A stretch of 61,448 nucleotides of DNA, the filler included, from Choristocarpus tenellus KU-1152 (lineage: Eukaryota; Protista; Phaeophyceae): assembly GCA_964200185.2 (NCBI GenBank). It is 11 parts of 11 records of this genome, joined end to end, with 100 filler letters (N's around TTAATTAATTAA, not from the genome) between each part and the next. Parts side by side here need not be neighbours in the genome. Positions count along the whole stretch, not along the records: positions 12,943 to 20,627 come from CAXNAD020005757.1; positions 20,728 to 26,414 come from CAXNAD020010007.1; 9 more parts are not named here. One strand, 5' to 3'. The first letter of the stretch is position 1; every line of letters starts with the position of its first letter. The notes under the pieces were generated by a model. The model worked only from the letters and a program-made list of their open reading frames with translations. It searched no databases and had not been told where the DNA came from. The position numbers and the translations under genes are program-made. Below are positions 13,016 through 24,821 of the stretch, in pieces.

Positions 13016-13581
13016 AACCCGAAGTAAATGACAAGTACCCAGGTTTTTCCAGTTTTGCATTTAAAGGCAGTTTTTGAAGCTTTCGCAATTCACCCATATT
13101 TCTACAGATGAATTGCTAAGTTTGGCTTGAAACTATTGATTCCTCTATTATTTGACATTTTCCGACAGAAATCAGAAAAGTTCCTGTGAGTATTTGCAAA
13201 AAAAGGTCAAATTTTGTTTGTCAACATCCTTAGAATGCAACTCTGGGTACTTCTCGTTTACTTTGACTCTCCTAATTTCTGTTCTGCGATTTTTTTAAGA
13301 TCATTTTTTATCGTCCTGTTCAATTAATCGAGGTTCATACCATCAAGGGTAGGGTATTCCACACCTGTGTTCCAAGGTGGAAAAAGTTGTGCTGCAACGT
13401 TTGCAGCTATTCGTACACTAGGTCGACAGTTTGTGTCGTGAGAGTAGCAGGGAATTAGGGGCTAACATGAGCTCAAGTATGTACTACTCCGACCCCCACA
13501 CGAAAGAGGTGGGGGAGTAGTCGTAACACGGATCGTCGATCGAGATGCAAACGTTTGGGGTCGCCCTGTGAAGTGCCATAC

Positions 13582-13773
13582 CTTTAGATGTTTGCCCCCA
13601 TATGCCACAACCAGCTTGTAGTCCCCATCGCGGTTGAGGTCAACAAACTGTAGGCAACCTTGGTGGCAAGACAAGCCTGCAACTGGGTCGTGCCATGCTT
13701 GTAGCCAAGGTCCAGGCTTTTCTTTAGAAATCTTGTCCTTCTCCTTCTTCATTGTAGCAAAGAGATGCTCCAT
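13582..13773 (-). CDS. BBS1: Bardet-Biedl syndrome 1 protein (BBSome subunit), first coding exon; 3'-partial
   Basis: PWLQAWHDPVAGLSCHQGCLQFVDLNRDGDYKLVVAYGGKHLK|GTATGG matches the BBS1 N-terminal pattern WLxAxxDPxA...DLxGDGxYKLVV...LKV. Start is ATG 13773 or 13752; the remaining exons lie beyond the contig edge. Confidence 0.85.
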
Positions 13774-14480
13774 GTCCTTTCTTTCCCCCCGGTCTAGGGA
13801 CGAGAGATATTCAATAATATTCGTGTAAGTTATACCCTGCTTCCTATTAGTTGAGGGATAGGAGTGGATGGTTGAGGTGGAAGTCGACACGACACATGAC
13901 GCTTACCGTCTCTATACTAAGGCGTATGTAGAAAGTATTGCGAAGACAGGTATGTGATGAGCCCTGAAACAAGATGTGCCAGCCTTATCATGAGTTAACC
14001 TCAGGAAGTTCATCAGTACCCGAGGCAGCAATCCCGATTTGTTTAATTAACCGTTCTCTTGCCACTAGCATATCGGCGGGAAGGAAGACTCATCCCCAGA
14101 AAGATCGCGTCGTTAACCACCATATGCAATCTACTCCACCTCGTCTTCAATGCTTCTGAATTGGCATACCTTGGACAGCGTATCCTCAGAGGCAGGGAAG
14201 TTGGAATTAGGTCACCTTTCCTTGCTTCTTCCCTTGTGGATCCATGACAGTACAAGGTCACAACATCCAGTTCCTCCTCTTCCTTTCACAGTAGTAAAGT
14301 TGTAACAAATGAAAAGAAAACTGGAGGTGTTATCATTTTATTGTGAGCATAGGAATCCAAATCTGGCAGTTTCATTATTTCACCTTGTATATCATTCGGT
14401 ATCGTATGATGTATTTTATTGGCGTATGATACGACTTTGTTGGGAGTAGATAGGGAATATCAAAGTTTGAGAGCAAAGTC

Positions 14481-15577
14481 ATGGAGGATGTTCCTCCACC
14501 ACCCGCGCCTTCAGCAGAGACACTGCCTGCGACTTCTGCTGTAGCCTCTGTGGCGGCGGTAGCAGCCGTTAGTGCCCCGGCTCAAACCGGATCGGCGAAG
14601 AAATCGCCAAGCGATTTTCTCAAGACTGTCCTTGGACGACCAGTGATCGTGAAGCTCAATTCAGGGGTAGACTATAGAGGTGAGAATATAGGGCAAGAAA
14701 CATTGGTGTGGAATCCTGGCATGGGGACTGTGATTAATAACACTTGATATCACGATGCCTGGGACATCTGCACAAGTGATCTTTGCTGTGCCACTTGTAC
14801 CTTGACTCGCATAGACTACGGATACACGAAACATTGCAATTGAAGACTCTACTCTTTGTAATCAAGACGCATGGATTCGTTTTTTAACCTGGGAAATACA
14901 TATTTTCCAAAGTTGGTATTGCTGAGTCCTCACTAACGTTGCCGTATTCATATGGTTGTCACCGTCTTTAGGGGTCCTGGCATGCTTAGATGGCTACATG
15001 AATATCGCTATGGAGCAGACAGAAGAGTATGTGAACGGACAGCTCAAGGCGAAGTACGGGGACTGCTTTATTCGGGGTAATAACGGTAAGAGTGCCTTAT
15101 GCCCCACGTTCAACGCTGATCCAGGGGTTGGGTAGAACAACGTAAAATCTCCTCATTTGGCCTGCTGGATTGAAAGGTGCCCGCAAGTGGTTGTATTTGA
15201 TCATTCGGGATCTGATATAGGTGGGGGGTGGTTGTAACGAGTTTTTAGTGGGATTGACGAGATTGCGGCATTTCTAGTGCAATCATCCCATACTCCTGTG
15301 TGGGTATCTTCGTTGGTGAATTCGTGTGAAGTTCTGTATATAGTGCGCCTTACTTGGACCGATAACGTTTTCACCTGATCGATGTATCTAATTGCTTACA
15401 AATATCACATGAAGAATATCGGCCATGAAAAATCTGACTATTTATTCCTCTTCTTCCTCAGAACTGGATAATGTACCCTCAAAATCGTTCCACCTCCCCA
15501 GTCCACCCATTCCCTTTCTTTCCCATCCCCAATGCCGTATGCTAGTTCTCTACATCAGTACCCAGAAGCGAAGGTGA
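14481..15577 (+). CDS. LSM6: U6 snRNA-associated Sm-like protein LSm6, complete (114 aa, 3 exons)
   Basis: Exons 14481-14679, 14972-15085 and 15546-15577 splice in frame: ...PSDFLKTVLGRPVIVKLNSGVDYRG-VLACLDGYMNIAMEQTEEYVNGQLKAKYGDCFIRGNN-VLYISTQKRR*. These are canonical LSm6 Sm1 and Sm2 motifs. Confidence 0.96.
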
Positions 15578-18414
15578 AATGCTCAAGTGTGAAAGAACTT
15601 GCATTGGGTATCAGAAAGACAGATGGAGATACAATAGATACATCAACAACACTAGTTCTACCAAATGATGGGTCACTGAACATTTGCACCCTATTGCAAG
15701 CATTTGTCCATAGGGAACAAGAAGGATTTTCTTGGTGCAGATTGCATACTACTCTCAACCAAGCCACAGTGGTAACCATGAGAGATTAAATCATGCGCAA
15801 AGGTATGCCTGAGAGGGAGTTAAGGACTGTAATTTTGACCCTTAGATCAGGCAGTGATGAGCTACCATTTGAGGTCCAAGCCCAAGATATTCCTAGGAGA
15901 CAGCCCTTCCAAGTTTGGTCAGTCCAGTACTCTTTCAGAACATGCTGATCTACTGAGGATGACTGTTTCTCCTACACTCTTAGGTTGGTTGAGTTGGGGG
16001 AAGGGGAGAGAAAACTACCAAGGATAGCTGTTTTTCTGCACCCTTAATGGCAAGCTGTCATGAAACGGGGGGGAGGGGGGGGAAGTTCATTTGGTAGGGA
16101 TATCTCTAGCTTGTCAAGAGTAGTTGTTAGTTACCCCGACAAGGTGATATTTCCTTGAGTTGCCCTCATTTGGAGCTAGCACCTGGGGCACATATCCACG
16201 GTTATCATACCTTGAATACTAAAGGGACTTTAAAATGTCGAGTGTGTGGGAAAGCAGACAATAGCTACTTTGAGTGTTGGCAGCTAGAGTCTTCTTTATT
16301 CTGTCCTTTGTTGCTTATTTATCTTTATTTTGTACAGAGTATATTTCCACCCGGAATTATTGATACTATCAACAGCATGATTTTTTTTGTCCAAACATTT
16401 TTTGGAACGACTCTGATAGACAAGTGACATCCCTGGCGATTGAAATGTGCTGCAACTGGGCCATATTCCGTTACTGCTGGAAGATACGGTATACCATGCT
16501 CATGTAGTGAATGACAGAGGATGCAGTCCTTGTCCAATTTGAAGGTCCACCTCAAGACTGAAAGGCTACAAGTACCTGTACGATACGTATCAAACAGTAG
16601 TTGAAGGTGTGAGGCTAAAGTCCCCTAGTTACCGAATCTTTTCTTCCAGGTAACCATCAAGGCAAAGGATAATTATTATAGTCATGGTTCATGCCAAGAT
16701 TTGATGGGGGAGTGGCAGATCTTTGTATTCCACCATGCAGTAACACTTTACTACAGTGAGAAACATAGTGAAAGTTGAAGGCCATCTCTTTTTCCTACTG
16801 ATACAGAGCTTTTTCTTTTGTCCGCTTCCCATCTCGCCGCCCATCGTCCATGCACCCTGAAGTACTCTCCATGCTTCACCTTTCCGACAAATACTTTCTT
16901 GTGAAGTTAACGGGACTGGAGTCAGGTCGGTGCACCTTATAGAAAGAAAATTGGTAGATATTTTTTACATACACTATTAACTGGAGGAAATTTTGTTGCT
17001 GAGATTCCTCTAAAATCTTCCCATTCCGGTTGGCTAATAGCTGTTATATTTTCAAGGGTGCCTGTATGGGAGTGCTGCTCAAATGATGCTGAGATAAAAT
17101 AGGAGGGCATATTGGAATACAAATGTGTTGTTTTGGCTCGGTGTGGTGTAAAGCCAACCAATCCGATTGGTGTGCATGCTACTGTTCGTGTATCCTACAG
17201 AAATGTCCTCATCTTTTCACTGTGTTTCCGCCTCAGACTGCGCATGGAACCACCATAACAACACTCTGTGACCACAGTCTCGAAGGACATAAGAATTGGG
17301 ATCCAGCAATTGCACACACACACATGATCATTCTCAGCAGGGTTTTTTGTAGTGTGAGAGAAGAGGGCAAACTTGGATTGACAATCAGCACTAGCTCAAA
17401 CGATCTCGTTTATGTGTCTACGGATCGCTCTTCTCTCTCACTCGTCAACTGACAATACTTGACTGGGCTCATCGTCCTGTTTCACCGTCCTCCCCCAAGT
17501 CCCCAACTCCCAGAAACACAATTTGGATATGTTTGAGTCGGAGGAAGGGGCGGGGTTCCAACCCCTCAAGAACTAAAGCTAGAGCATCTGTAGTCTCATG
17601 CAAAGCAGGAAACGTGACAATAGAGCTGCCACTACCAACGCCAAAAACACTCCTCAAAAATTCTCAAGACCAAGAAAGCATATGTTTGCATCAGGTACAC
17701 AATCAGTGAACACAGGTTATGTGATCCACATCACCAATTGCCATACAGCCGCAACGACTGAGAGGAGAGTTCAGCAGGAAATTATGCTTGTGAACATAGG
17801 GTATATCAAATACACAGAGGACGGTTCAGCATATTTTAAATATCATTAGTGATATTTCGTCCCACAACACTACAACGAGATAATAGTAAGAACTGAATTC
17901 AACGAAACAAAGCAGACAAAACTCCCAAATAATTCAAGGAATAACTTCAAGTAAGGAAAGGGTCTTTGCTCGACTCCTGTCCATGAAATCGTTCATTCAA
18001 TTGTAGAAACACTCTATACTTGAAGGGTTGAAACCCCACACCCAACGTCTGAAAGAAAAGTTGCTCTTTTTAATAGGAAATTTACACAACAATATATATT
18101 TCACCAACCAACTCGGCTGTGTGTATTCCTATCGAATATTGAGATATCATTGTTCTACCAGGGCACACATTCGTGCAACTATCTGAAGGTTTCACTGGAT
18201 TGTCTCGTGGGCCCAGTGGAACAGTGGTGTCTCAGTCTTTAGCGAAATCAGAGACTGGGGTACTAGCCCAGCATAATCTGTTGGTCATTGCCTTGCTAAT
18301 AGCATGCTGTCCCTGAACAGTCTTTTCATTATTATCGCTTTTCCTCCTGCTGAGCACATTCCTGGACCCTTCTATTCATATATCTATTTCCTCCCTTTGT
18401 AGGGAGCCAGGAAG

Positions 18415-18712
18415 ACGGTCCAACCAGAATTTGATCCCACAATCTCTGATTTTGTCAGAGATTGAGATGTTACTATTCCACCCCACACAAGCTTTGATCC
18501 ATGGGTTATTGCCCTACAAATCGCATGCTCTACTCGACCAGTGATCTCGATCTCCAAATTTCCACTTCAGTTCGCCCAAGGACACCTATTTCACCCTATT
18601 TGAATCCTCTCCCTCTAACTATAGTGTAGGGAGTTGGCAAGGCCATCCCGCTTGGATTCGACCCAACAACCTCTGATTGTCTAAGATTGAGATATTACTG
18701 TTCCACCGGGAA
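18415..18712 (-). repeat. Two diverged copies of a tRNA-like (SINE-head-like) repeat
   Basis: 18445-18485 and 18670-18710 share CTCTGATT..GTC..AGATTGAGAT.TTACT.TTCCACC. On the minus strand each is followed by a B-box-like GGGTCGAATCC or GGGATCAAATTC. Confidence 0.4.
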
Positions 18713-19271
18713 GACAGGTGCACACATATCTACCCTGTATTCTGTTATTTATCCCCTGAAGTATTCACATGGCACTCCAACAACCTTTGGCTCTTTGAAA
18801 AACACAAATCTTCTCCTTTCCCTTTAAAAATCATCAGAGTACTTCTTTTTTTTACACCGTTATATTTTCTCCTTTCTGAAATGCGCATATATATGATGAC
18901 CTCCACAACCAACCATCGTTTCCTCAACAAGCAAAAAAAAAAACTTCTTTCCCTTCAAAAATCATCAGGGTACTACTTTTTTTACAGCATTTCATCTTTC
19001 TTGTGCCCAAATTGTCCATCAATCGGCAAGAAATGTACAATTTTAACTCGTCATATTTCAATACTTTTCGTCTGAAATGTTCACATGGCATTTTCAACAA
19101 CCCTCCCCTCCTCCTGGCTAGAAATCCGATTTTTTTGTTGAATACCTTCACATCATCTATCAAACAGTGGGGTATTAGTTTGTTTCCATCTTTTTTTTGT
19201 CCTGAATGTCCACATAAACACTTTCCACAATTTTTGTCCCTTCAGCAAATCCGATTTTCTTTGCTTTCTTA

Positions 19272-19313
19272 TGTGGTTTGCACGCGAGAGTTCGAATCTC
19301 ACGGGTGTCGCCA
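19272..19313 (+). other. CCA-terminated 3' half of tRNA-Ser, read as an extended primer-binding site of the adjacent minus-strand LTR
   Basis: TGTGGTTTGCAC (variable-arm hairpin), GC, GAGAG-TTCGAAT-CTCAC (T-arm), GGGTGTC, G, CCA. No 5' half is present. On the minus strand it reads TGGCGACACCC... one base after the LTR end TTCACA. Confidence 0.7.
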
Positions 19314-19314
19314 A

Positions 19315-19704
19315 TGTGAATCGTGTGATTCTGTGACGGCGTGGTTCACTCAGACAAGGGTGGTGAAGAGAATCACCAGACAAGACGGACCAGACGGACC
19401 AAGACGAACCATAACCGAGAGGACGACGTTAAGTAAGGTTGGACAAGTGCAAGACTGCAAGGACTTGCAGGAAAATGTGGAGTGATGAGAATCTTACGAG
19501 AATGGGATCATCACAAAGATGAAGACGTGACAACAAAGAGTTTCTTTGATGTGTGACACCTCTGGTTGCAGGGAAGTGTAACTTGCGGAATTGGTTTCTT
19601 ACGCAAAATTCCCCACCTCGATTATTTGGAAGATTCTCCAATGGAATCCGAAATTCCTCACAATTGGCATAATGGTATAACAATAGACAAACTTGCTTTT
19701 CACA
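19315..19704 (-). mobile_element. Putative 390-bp 5' LTR of an LTR retroelement
   Basis: Bounded by perfect inverted hexamers TGTGAA...TTCACA and directly followed on the minus strand by a tRNA-complementary PBS. Confidence 0.6.
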
Positions 19705-19714
19705 TTCTTGGCAT

Positions 19715-19962
19715 TTACAAATATTTTTATCATTATGCCCTCTGATATTTTACAGATGCGTCAGGGGAAAAACCAAGGAAAGACTATTCACATGTCAGAA
19801 AAATCCCTAAGAAAGTAACAGTTGTCACAAATGTTGAAAACATTAACCTATTCACTATTTTATTACCATCTATGTTGTACCACTATCTTCCTGTGTCTCC
19901 AACCTACCTATTCCTGCACCCCAGGGTGAGGACCTAGGGAGGCATCCCAAGAATCTAACAAG
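19715..19962 (-). mobile_element. 3' UTR fragment of CRE/R2-type non-LTR element
   Basis: Aligns with 24445-24690 (GTCAGGGGAAAAA, ATGTCAGAAAAATCC, CCTGCACCCCAGGGTGAGGA.CTAGGGA.GCATCCCAAGAATC). Confidence 0.75.
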
Positions 19963-20602
19963 CAAATATCATCAATCCAGACGAAGGTCACTACATTTTC
20001 CCGTGATGTGACTATTGTACGCACATATTTCTTACTATAGTCACCATCAACCTCAATTATCCATGTTCTCTTCAACATAACGCAGTTCAACATCCACATG
20101 AATTCTAAATTATTATCTCGTTGTGTGCCCTGCGCGGCTTGTCTCAAGAATTATCTTCTTTCTCACATTCAATTTCCCTTAGCGTTCCGAAAACGTCAAA
20201 CAGGACGCACGTGATATGGTAAAAACCACCCCCCCGTAGTAATATCCATACAGTATATATATATATTCCTTTCTGTGCTATTCCTTAATGTTTTTGGGGG
20301 GGGTTGGGTAGGGATTAGGGTTACATATGTACACGACTATGTATATAGTATGGAGTCTGGGTATGAACACCTCGCTTGGGTCCTGTTTCAACCTGTCCTT
20401 CGTGTTCTGCCCTCACAATTCTGACTCCAATACGCTACTAGGAATATCTACTTTTCTCATTGCTCGTTCTCTTTGAGTATTAAATACTTCAGTACTTTAT
20501 CATACCATTCATCTTCTTGTCATACATATTCAAAGGAAGATAAAGAATATTGAAATAAAACTTTTATATATTTCTCAGTTGGGAGAGCAGGGACAGAGCT
20601 TT

Positions 20603-20627
20603 GGGTCAACGTATCTGGGGGGGGGGG
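20603..20627 (+). mobile_element. MITE subfamily B terminus at contig end
   Basis: GGGTCAACGTATCT followed by poly-G. Confidence 0.7.
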
Positions 20628-20727
20628 NNNNNNNNNNNNNNNNNNNNNNNNNNNNNNNNNNNNNNNNNNNNTTAATTAATTAANNNNNNNNNNNNNNNNN
20701 NNNNNNNNNNNNNNNNNNNNNNNNNNN

Positions 20728-22764
20728 GATTTATTAGCAAAATCTTCCCTTCCTGAACTCCCCTGCCACTAATGGCCCCTCCCACCATAGATGTCTCCTC
20801 ACCTCCCCTCTCAGCGTTGGTAGATGATAAGGGCAAAGTAGAACCTGCGCCCACACTCCCTCCGTTGTTGTTTGAAGTTGGTGGCAAGGGTGTAGGACCA
20901 GTGACTAGAGAGGGTAATGCTAGAGGCATAGGAAGTGTTGGCACTGTCCCCAACATAGGTCCTGTGCAGAAAGAAGGAACAATGAGGGGGGTGGGGGTTA
21001 CTCACTGCCTTGCTCTTTTAGCCCTACTGTTTGAAAAAGGCCATAAAACAACCTCGACTCCCAAACGTGGCTATTCTTTTGCACGATTTTTCCATTTTCC
21101 AGCTATTGTGGTCTTGGTAAGATGTTGGTGTGTATGGGTGATACAACTAAGGGTATGATACGGCTACCAAAGCACCTTTGCAACGTTCCTGGATATTTTT
21201 TTCTTACAGTTCAGTGCCATGCAGCCCCTTCCCTTGACATTGACCATATCTGAAATGTGGTGGGCTGTGCAGGATGGTGTGTTCATGTCTTATTGATTGA
21301 TGGCTACTTCTGGGCTAGAAATATTAAATAAGAACAGTCCTTCAAATGTATTGATCGCACTCCAAATCTCATTATGTCAAAATTAGAACGCTTACGCTTT
21401 GAAGTATACATAGTCCCTTTGCCCTGGTGGATCCTCCAAGCGATTGCATTCTTGAGGTTGTCTCCATGTTGAGTTGAAAATGAACAAGAGGGGTGTGCGT
21501 CTTGACCGTTTGATTTCTAAGGGGAATTTTCAACTTTCTTGATAAAGAAGATAAAGCAACTTGAAAAAGGGCATTGATAAGGATAACTTCTGCAAAATGA
21601 ATGCATCCACAAATCGGTCAAAAATGCACTCCACATCTGTGGACTAAGCACCCGAAGAAAATGTACTGCTAGAATTTCAGACCAGTTCATGAAACTCAGT
21701 ACCCCCTCTCGGTTACTTTGACTCATTGCTTGGTGCGATTGATATCGACCTGTAATGAGTAAACAATCAACATCTGCACTTGGAATTTCGAAGGACAAAC
21801 ATCGTTACAGTACAACTCAACAACAGAACAATGCCTACACCAGGCTCAAAGATTAGCAGTTGGCGCCAACAAACTCGAAAATCTGTGCAATTTCTTGTTT
21901 AGTCCTATGATGTCTTCCCATCGCTCTATTCATTTCTTCAAATCTGTACTAAATCGCTAACTACTGTAGGGAGGCCCTAGGTCCACGACTCACCCTCAAG
22001 GAGCAGTATCTCCTTTTTCCGGAGAACAACATCTTTGCTCTGAAGTGCCTCGAGCTGCCTTATCAGGGTGGGCTTGTCGGTGATGCCCAGATATGAACAT
22101 TCTCCACGAAGAGCGGCCTCAACTGTCTCGATCTAAAGGAGACACGGTCATCATACGAGAGGCAAAGCACACATGTTTAGTGGGTATGCTACTGCAAGAA
22201 ATAAACTACCAAGAAGTCGTGCCAACAGATATATATATATATATATATATATATGCTGCCCTCGCGCACTGTTCATTGCGCCTAATGTTCTACAGGTAGC
22301 AACTAGTATCGCTCAAGTGGACGCTGTCTCCTCACATTCAGCACACGCGCACAGGACATACTCCCTGGTAACTCTACCCGTACAACCCCAACTTACCAGA
22401 GACCCCTCAATTAATACCTTTTTGATGCCGTATTTTTGGGTGGCACGAGAAAGTCGAATGAGTACTCATGGGTGGTCATCGTCAACTGCTTGTTAAGATT
22501 ACAGAGGCCAGTTGTACAATTCCTGGACGGCCACAACCATCAGAGAACAACATAGCGTAATCAGGAGTGGGTACTGTTTACAATTAAGAACTGGTTGTGT
22601 AAAATGAACCTTGTCTCTACCGACAGTGCCCGACCGACGGTCGAATGTCCGATCCTTACCTTCGCCTCAACCCTTGAAATCTGTTCGGTCACCATCGACA
22701 GATTAGAAGACGTGTAGTCCTCAGTCGAAGATGAGTTTAGATTAGAAGGTGGCGTGGCAGCCAT
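20728..22764 (-). CDS. Hypothetical protein with N-terminal coiled-coil header and Pro/Gly/Ser-rich linker; 3'-partial, 3 exons
   Basis: Exons 22764-22660, 22132-21994 and 20961-20728 have strong splice sites (AAG|GTAAGG, TTTAG|, GAGG|GTGAGT, CACAG|) and matching phases: MAATPPSN...ISRVEAK-IETVEAALRGECSYLGITDKPTLIRQLEALQSKDVVLRKKEILLLE-GPMLGTVPTLP... Confidence 0.7.
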
Positions 22765-23424
22765 GCTCCTGGCGGCCTATAGTGCTTCTGTATCCTATGG
22801 TTGAATGTCTGACAACAAGGTATTCGTCCGTTTCCCTGTCTTACGGGCGAGAAGTGCCCTTCCGTCGGTGAGGGGTCCAAGGTATAGACGTGGACAAGGA
22901 CAGGGCAGGCGAGAGAGATGGCACAATAATACACTACTTGGGACACCCCTTGGCATGCACCAATGAGTCAAACTACAACATCTTGTCTATGGTGAGACAC
23001 AAATTCCCATACCATGTTGGAAATCAACACCAACACAAACACATTCCGATCAACATCCCATTATCACATATATAAACTCCCAACTTGAACACCAATAACT
23101 AACCAAATTCCTCCATCAAAAATATTCACCCACCACATATTAAGTCATACCACATGAAGTAGTATTGGTGTGGGTTACCCATTTATAATAATGATTGATA
23201 AACGGAAAGTAACGACTATACGGCAATACACCCCATCCCACTATGCCAACTACCATTATTTGTACATGAACTACTACATAGTGTGCTGTGATGTAGGGGA
23301 ACGACACTAGTAAATTAGACACGAATAAGGCAAAGAAGGGTGCAACACACTCAACTACAACATAATCTGTATTGTTTAGAGAAGGTCCTTCTGATACACC
23401 ACCATAGCACTAACCATATTTTCA

Positions 23425-23690
23425 GAGCCAAGAAGTATTTAAGAGGGTAGGGCCGCATTCGTTTGGGTATTTAATTACGACGTTGCAATTTTGATGAATT
23501 TTGGCTATCTTGTATGTAAGTGTCAATATCCTTGCTCTGGGCACACCTTTCATAGTCGTATAGATTTAAACAAACTGTTCACACAGAAAACCGAAAAATG
23601 GCATAAAAAATCCGTGGGGCACCGTGAGGCGCCAAGTCCCAAACGAACAAAAAGGGCAAAACTTCTACCCTCTTCAATGCTTTGGGTCTC
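23425..23690 (+). mobile_element. MITE subfamily A (diverged variant)
   Basis: GAGCCAAGAAGTATTTAAGAGGGTAG...CTACCCTCTTCAATGCTTTGG; the interior resembles the 42018 copy. Confidence 0.8.
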
Positions 23691-23989
23691 AACACTTGGT
23701 TGACCTGATCAACCGTTGGGCAAGGCAAAAGTCATGATCCCATCAACCAATATCATTTCAATAACACAGAGCTCGTACACAACGATATTTTCACAGTAGT
23801 CACTACTGCTGCTGTTGCTGCTACTACTAGTAGTAGTGCTACTACTGTCTGCAATGAAGAAAACATAGAGATGGTTGACCGATATGGAGGAAGTGGGTAT
23901 GTCATCTCTAAACGACTCACAAAACAAAACATGTGTTATTGCAACAACAAAAATAATCATAACGTCAGAGGGCATAACAAAAAAATAAT

Positions 23990-24340
23990 GGGGCTATCTT
24001 TTGACCCTCGAGGTTACAACCTCAACGCCTTCGGGGTGTAAAGTTTTGGGTGCCTCGGTAAGCAAGCGGAAAGTTTTCTGGATGAGCTAGCTATGCTCCT
24101 GGTAGGGGGGAGAGGGACAAGAGGCTACTACAGTAGAAAAGGGACTGTCAAATCCTGTCTACGTGGTGAAGTATACCTGATAGTGAAGTAATGAATAGAA
24201 AGGTATCTTTCACATTTATCACAAATGTTGCTTTTTAGGGTTTCTTTTCACATGTGAATAGTTTTCATTATTGGTTTTTCCTCGGACAAATCTCCAAAAT
24301 GTCAGAAAGGATAATAATATATATAAATCGTAAAAATATG
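23990..24340 (+). mobile_element. CRE/R2-type non-LTR element, RLE C-terminus plus 3' UTR (internally deleted)
   Basis: Reads SFDPRGYNLNAFGV*SFGCLGKQAESFLDELAMLLVGGRG..RKGTVKSCL, the (F/L)xxExFGxxG tail of restriction-like endonuclease retrotransposons. Confidence 0.75.
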
Positions 24341-24439
24341 TACACGAATAATGTTAGAGGACACTACAATATAATATATATTATATATATTATACTGTAG
24401 TATCAATACTATTGTTATTAATATATATGGAAGAACTCA

Positions 24440-24770
24440 GTATATATTTTTACTATTATACCCTCTGGCATTTTCTAGACGTGTCAGGGGAAAAAACAAT
24501 GAAAACTCTACATATGTCAGAAAAATCCATGTAAAAGTAACACTTGCGATAAATGCGAAAAACACCAATCTACTTACTATTTTACTACCACCTATGCTGT
24601 ACCACTGCCTTCCTGTGGCTCCAACCTAGCTTATTCCTGCACCCCAGGGTGAGGAGCTAGGGAAGCATCCCAAGAATCAAGAATCTAACAAGGCCCTCCT
24701 TGCCCATCTCCCTGGTGTCTCCAGCTTAAAAAGCATTACACGTCTGGACAGGGCCACCTGCGATGTAAGA
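24440..24770 (-). mobile_element. CRE/R2-type non-LTR element, 3' end (inverted copy)
   Basis: Reverse-complement match to 24985-25320 and 24190-24330. Confidence 0.75.
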
Positions 24771-24821
24771 ACATTATATTCTTTTTATTATGTTCTCTTC
24801 TTATCGTCATATTTTGTAGTT

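Noticed and set aside
19272-19313. Intact tRNA-Ser gene or prophage-like att site
   Set aside because: No D-arm or anticodon arm upstream and no integrase nearby. Encoded CCA plus LTR adjacency fit a PBS better.
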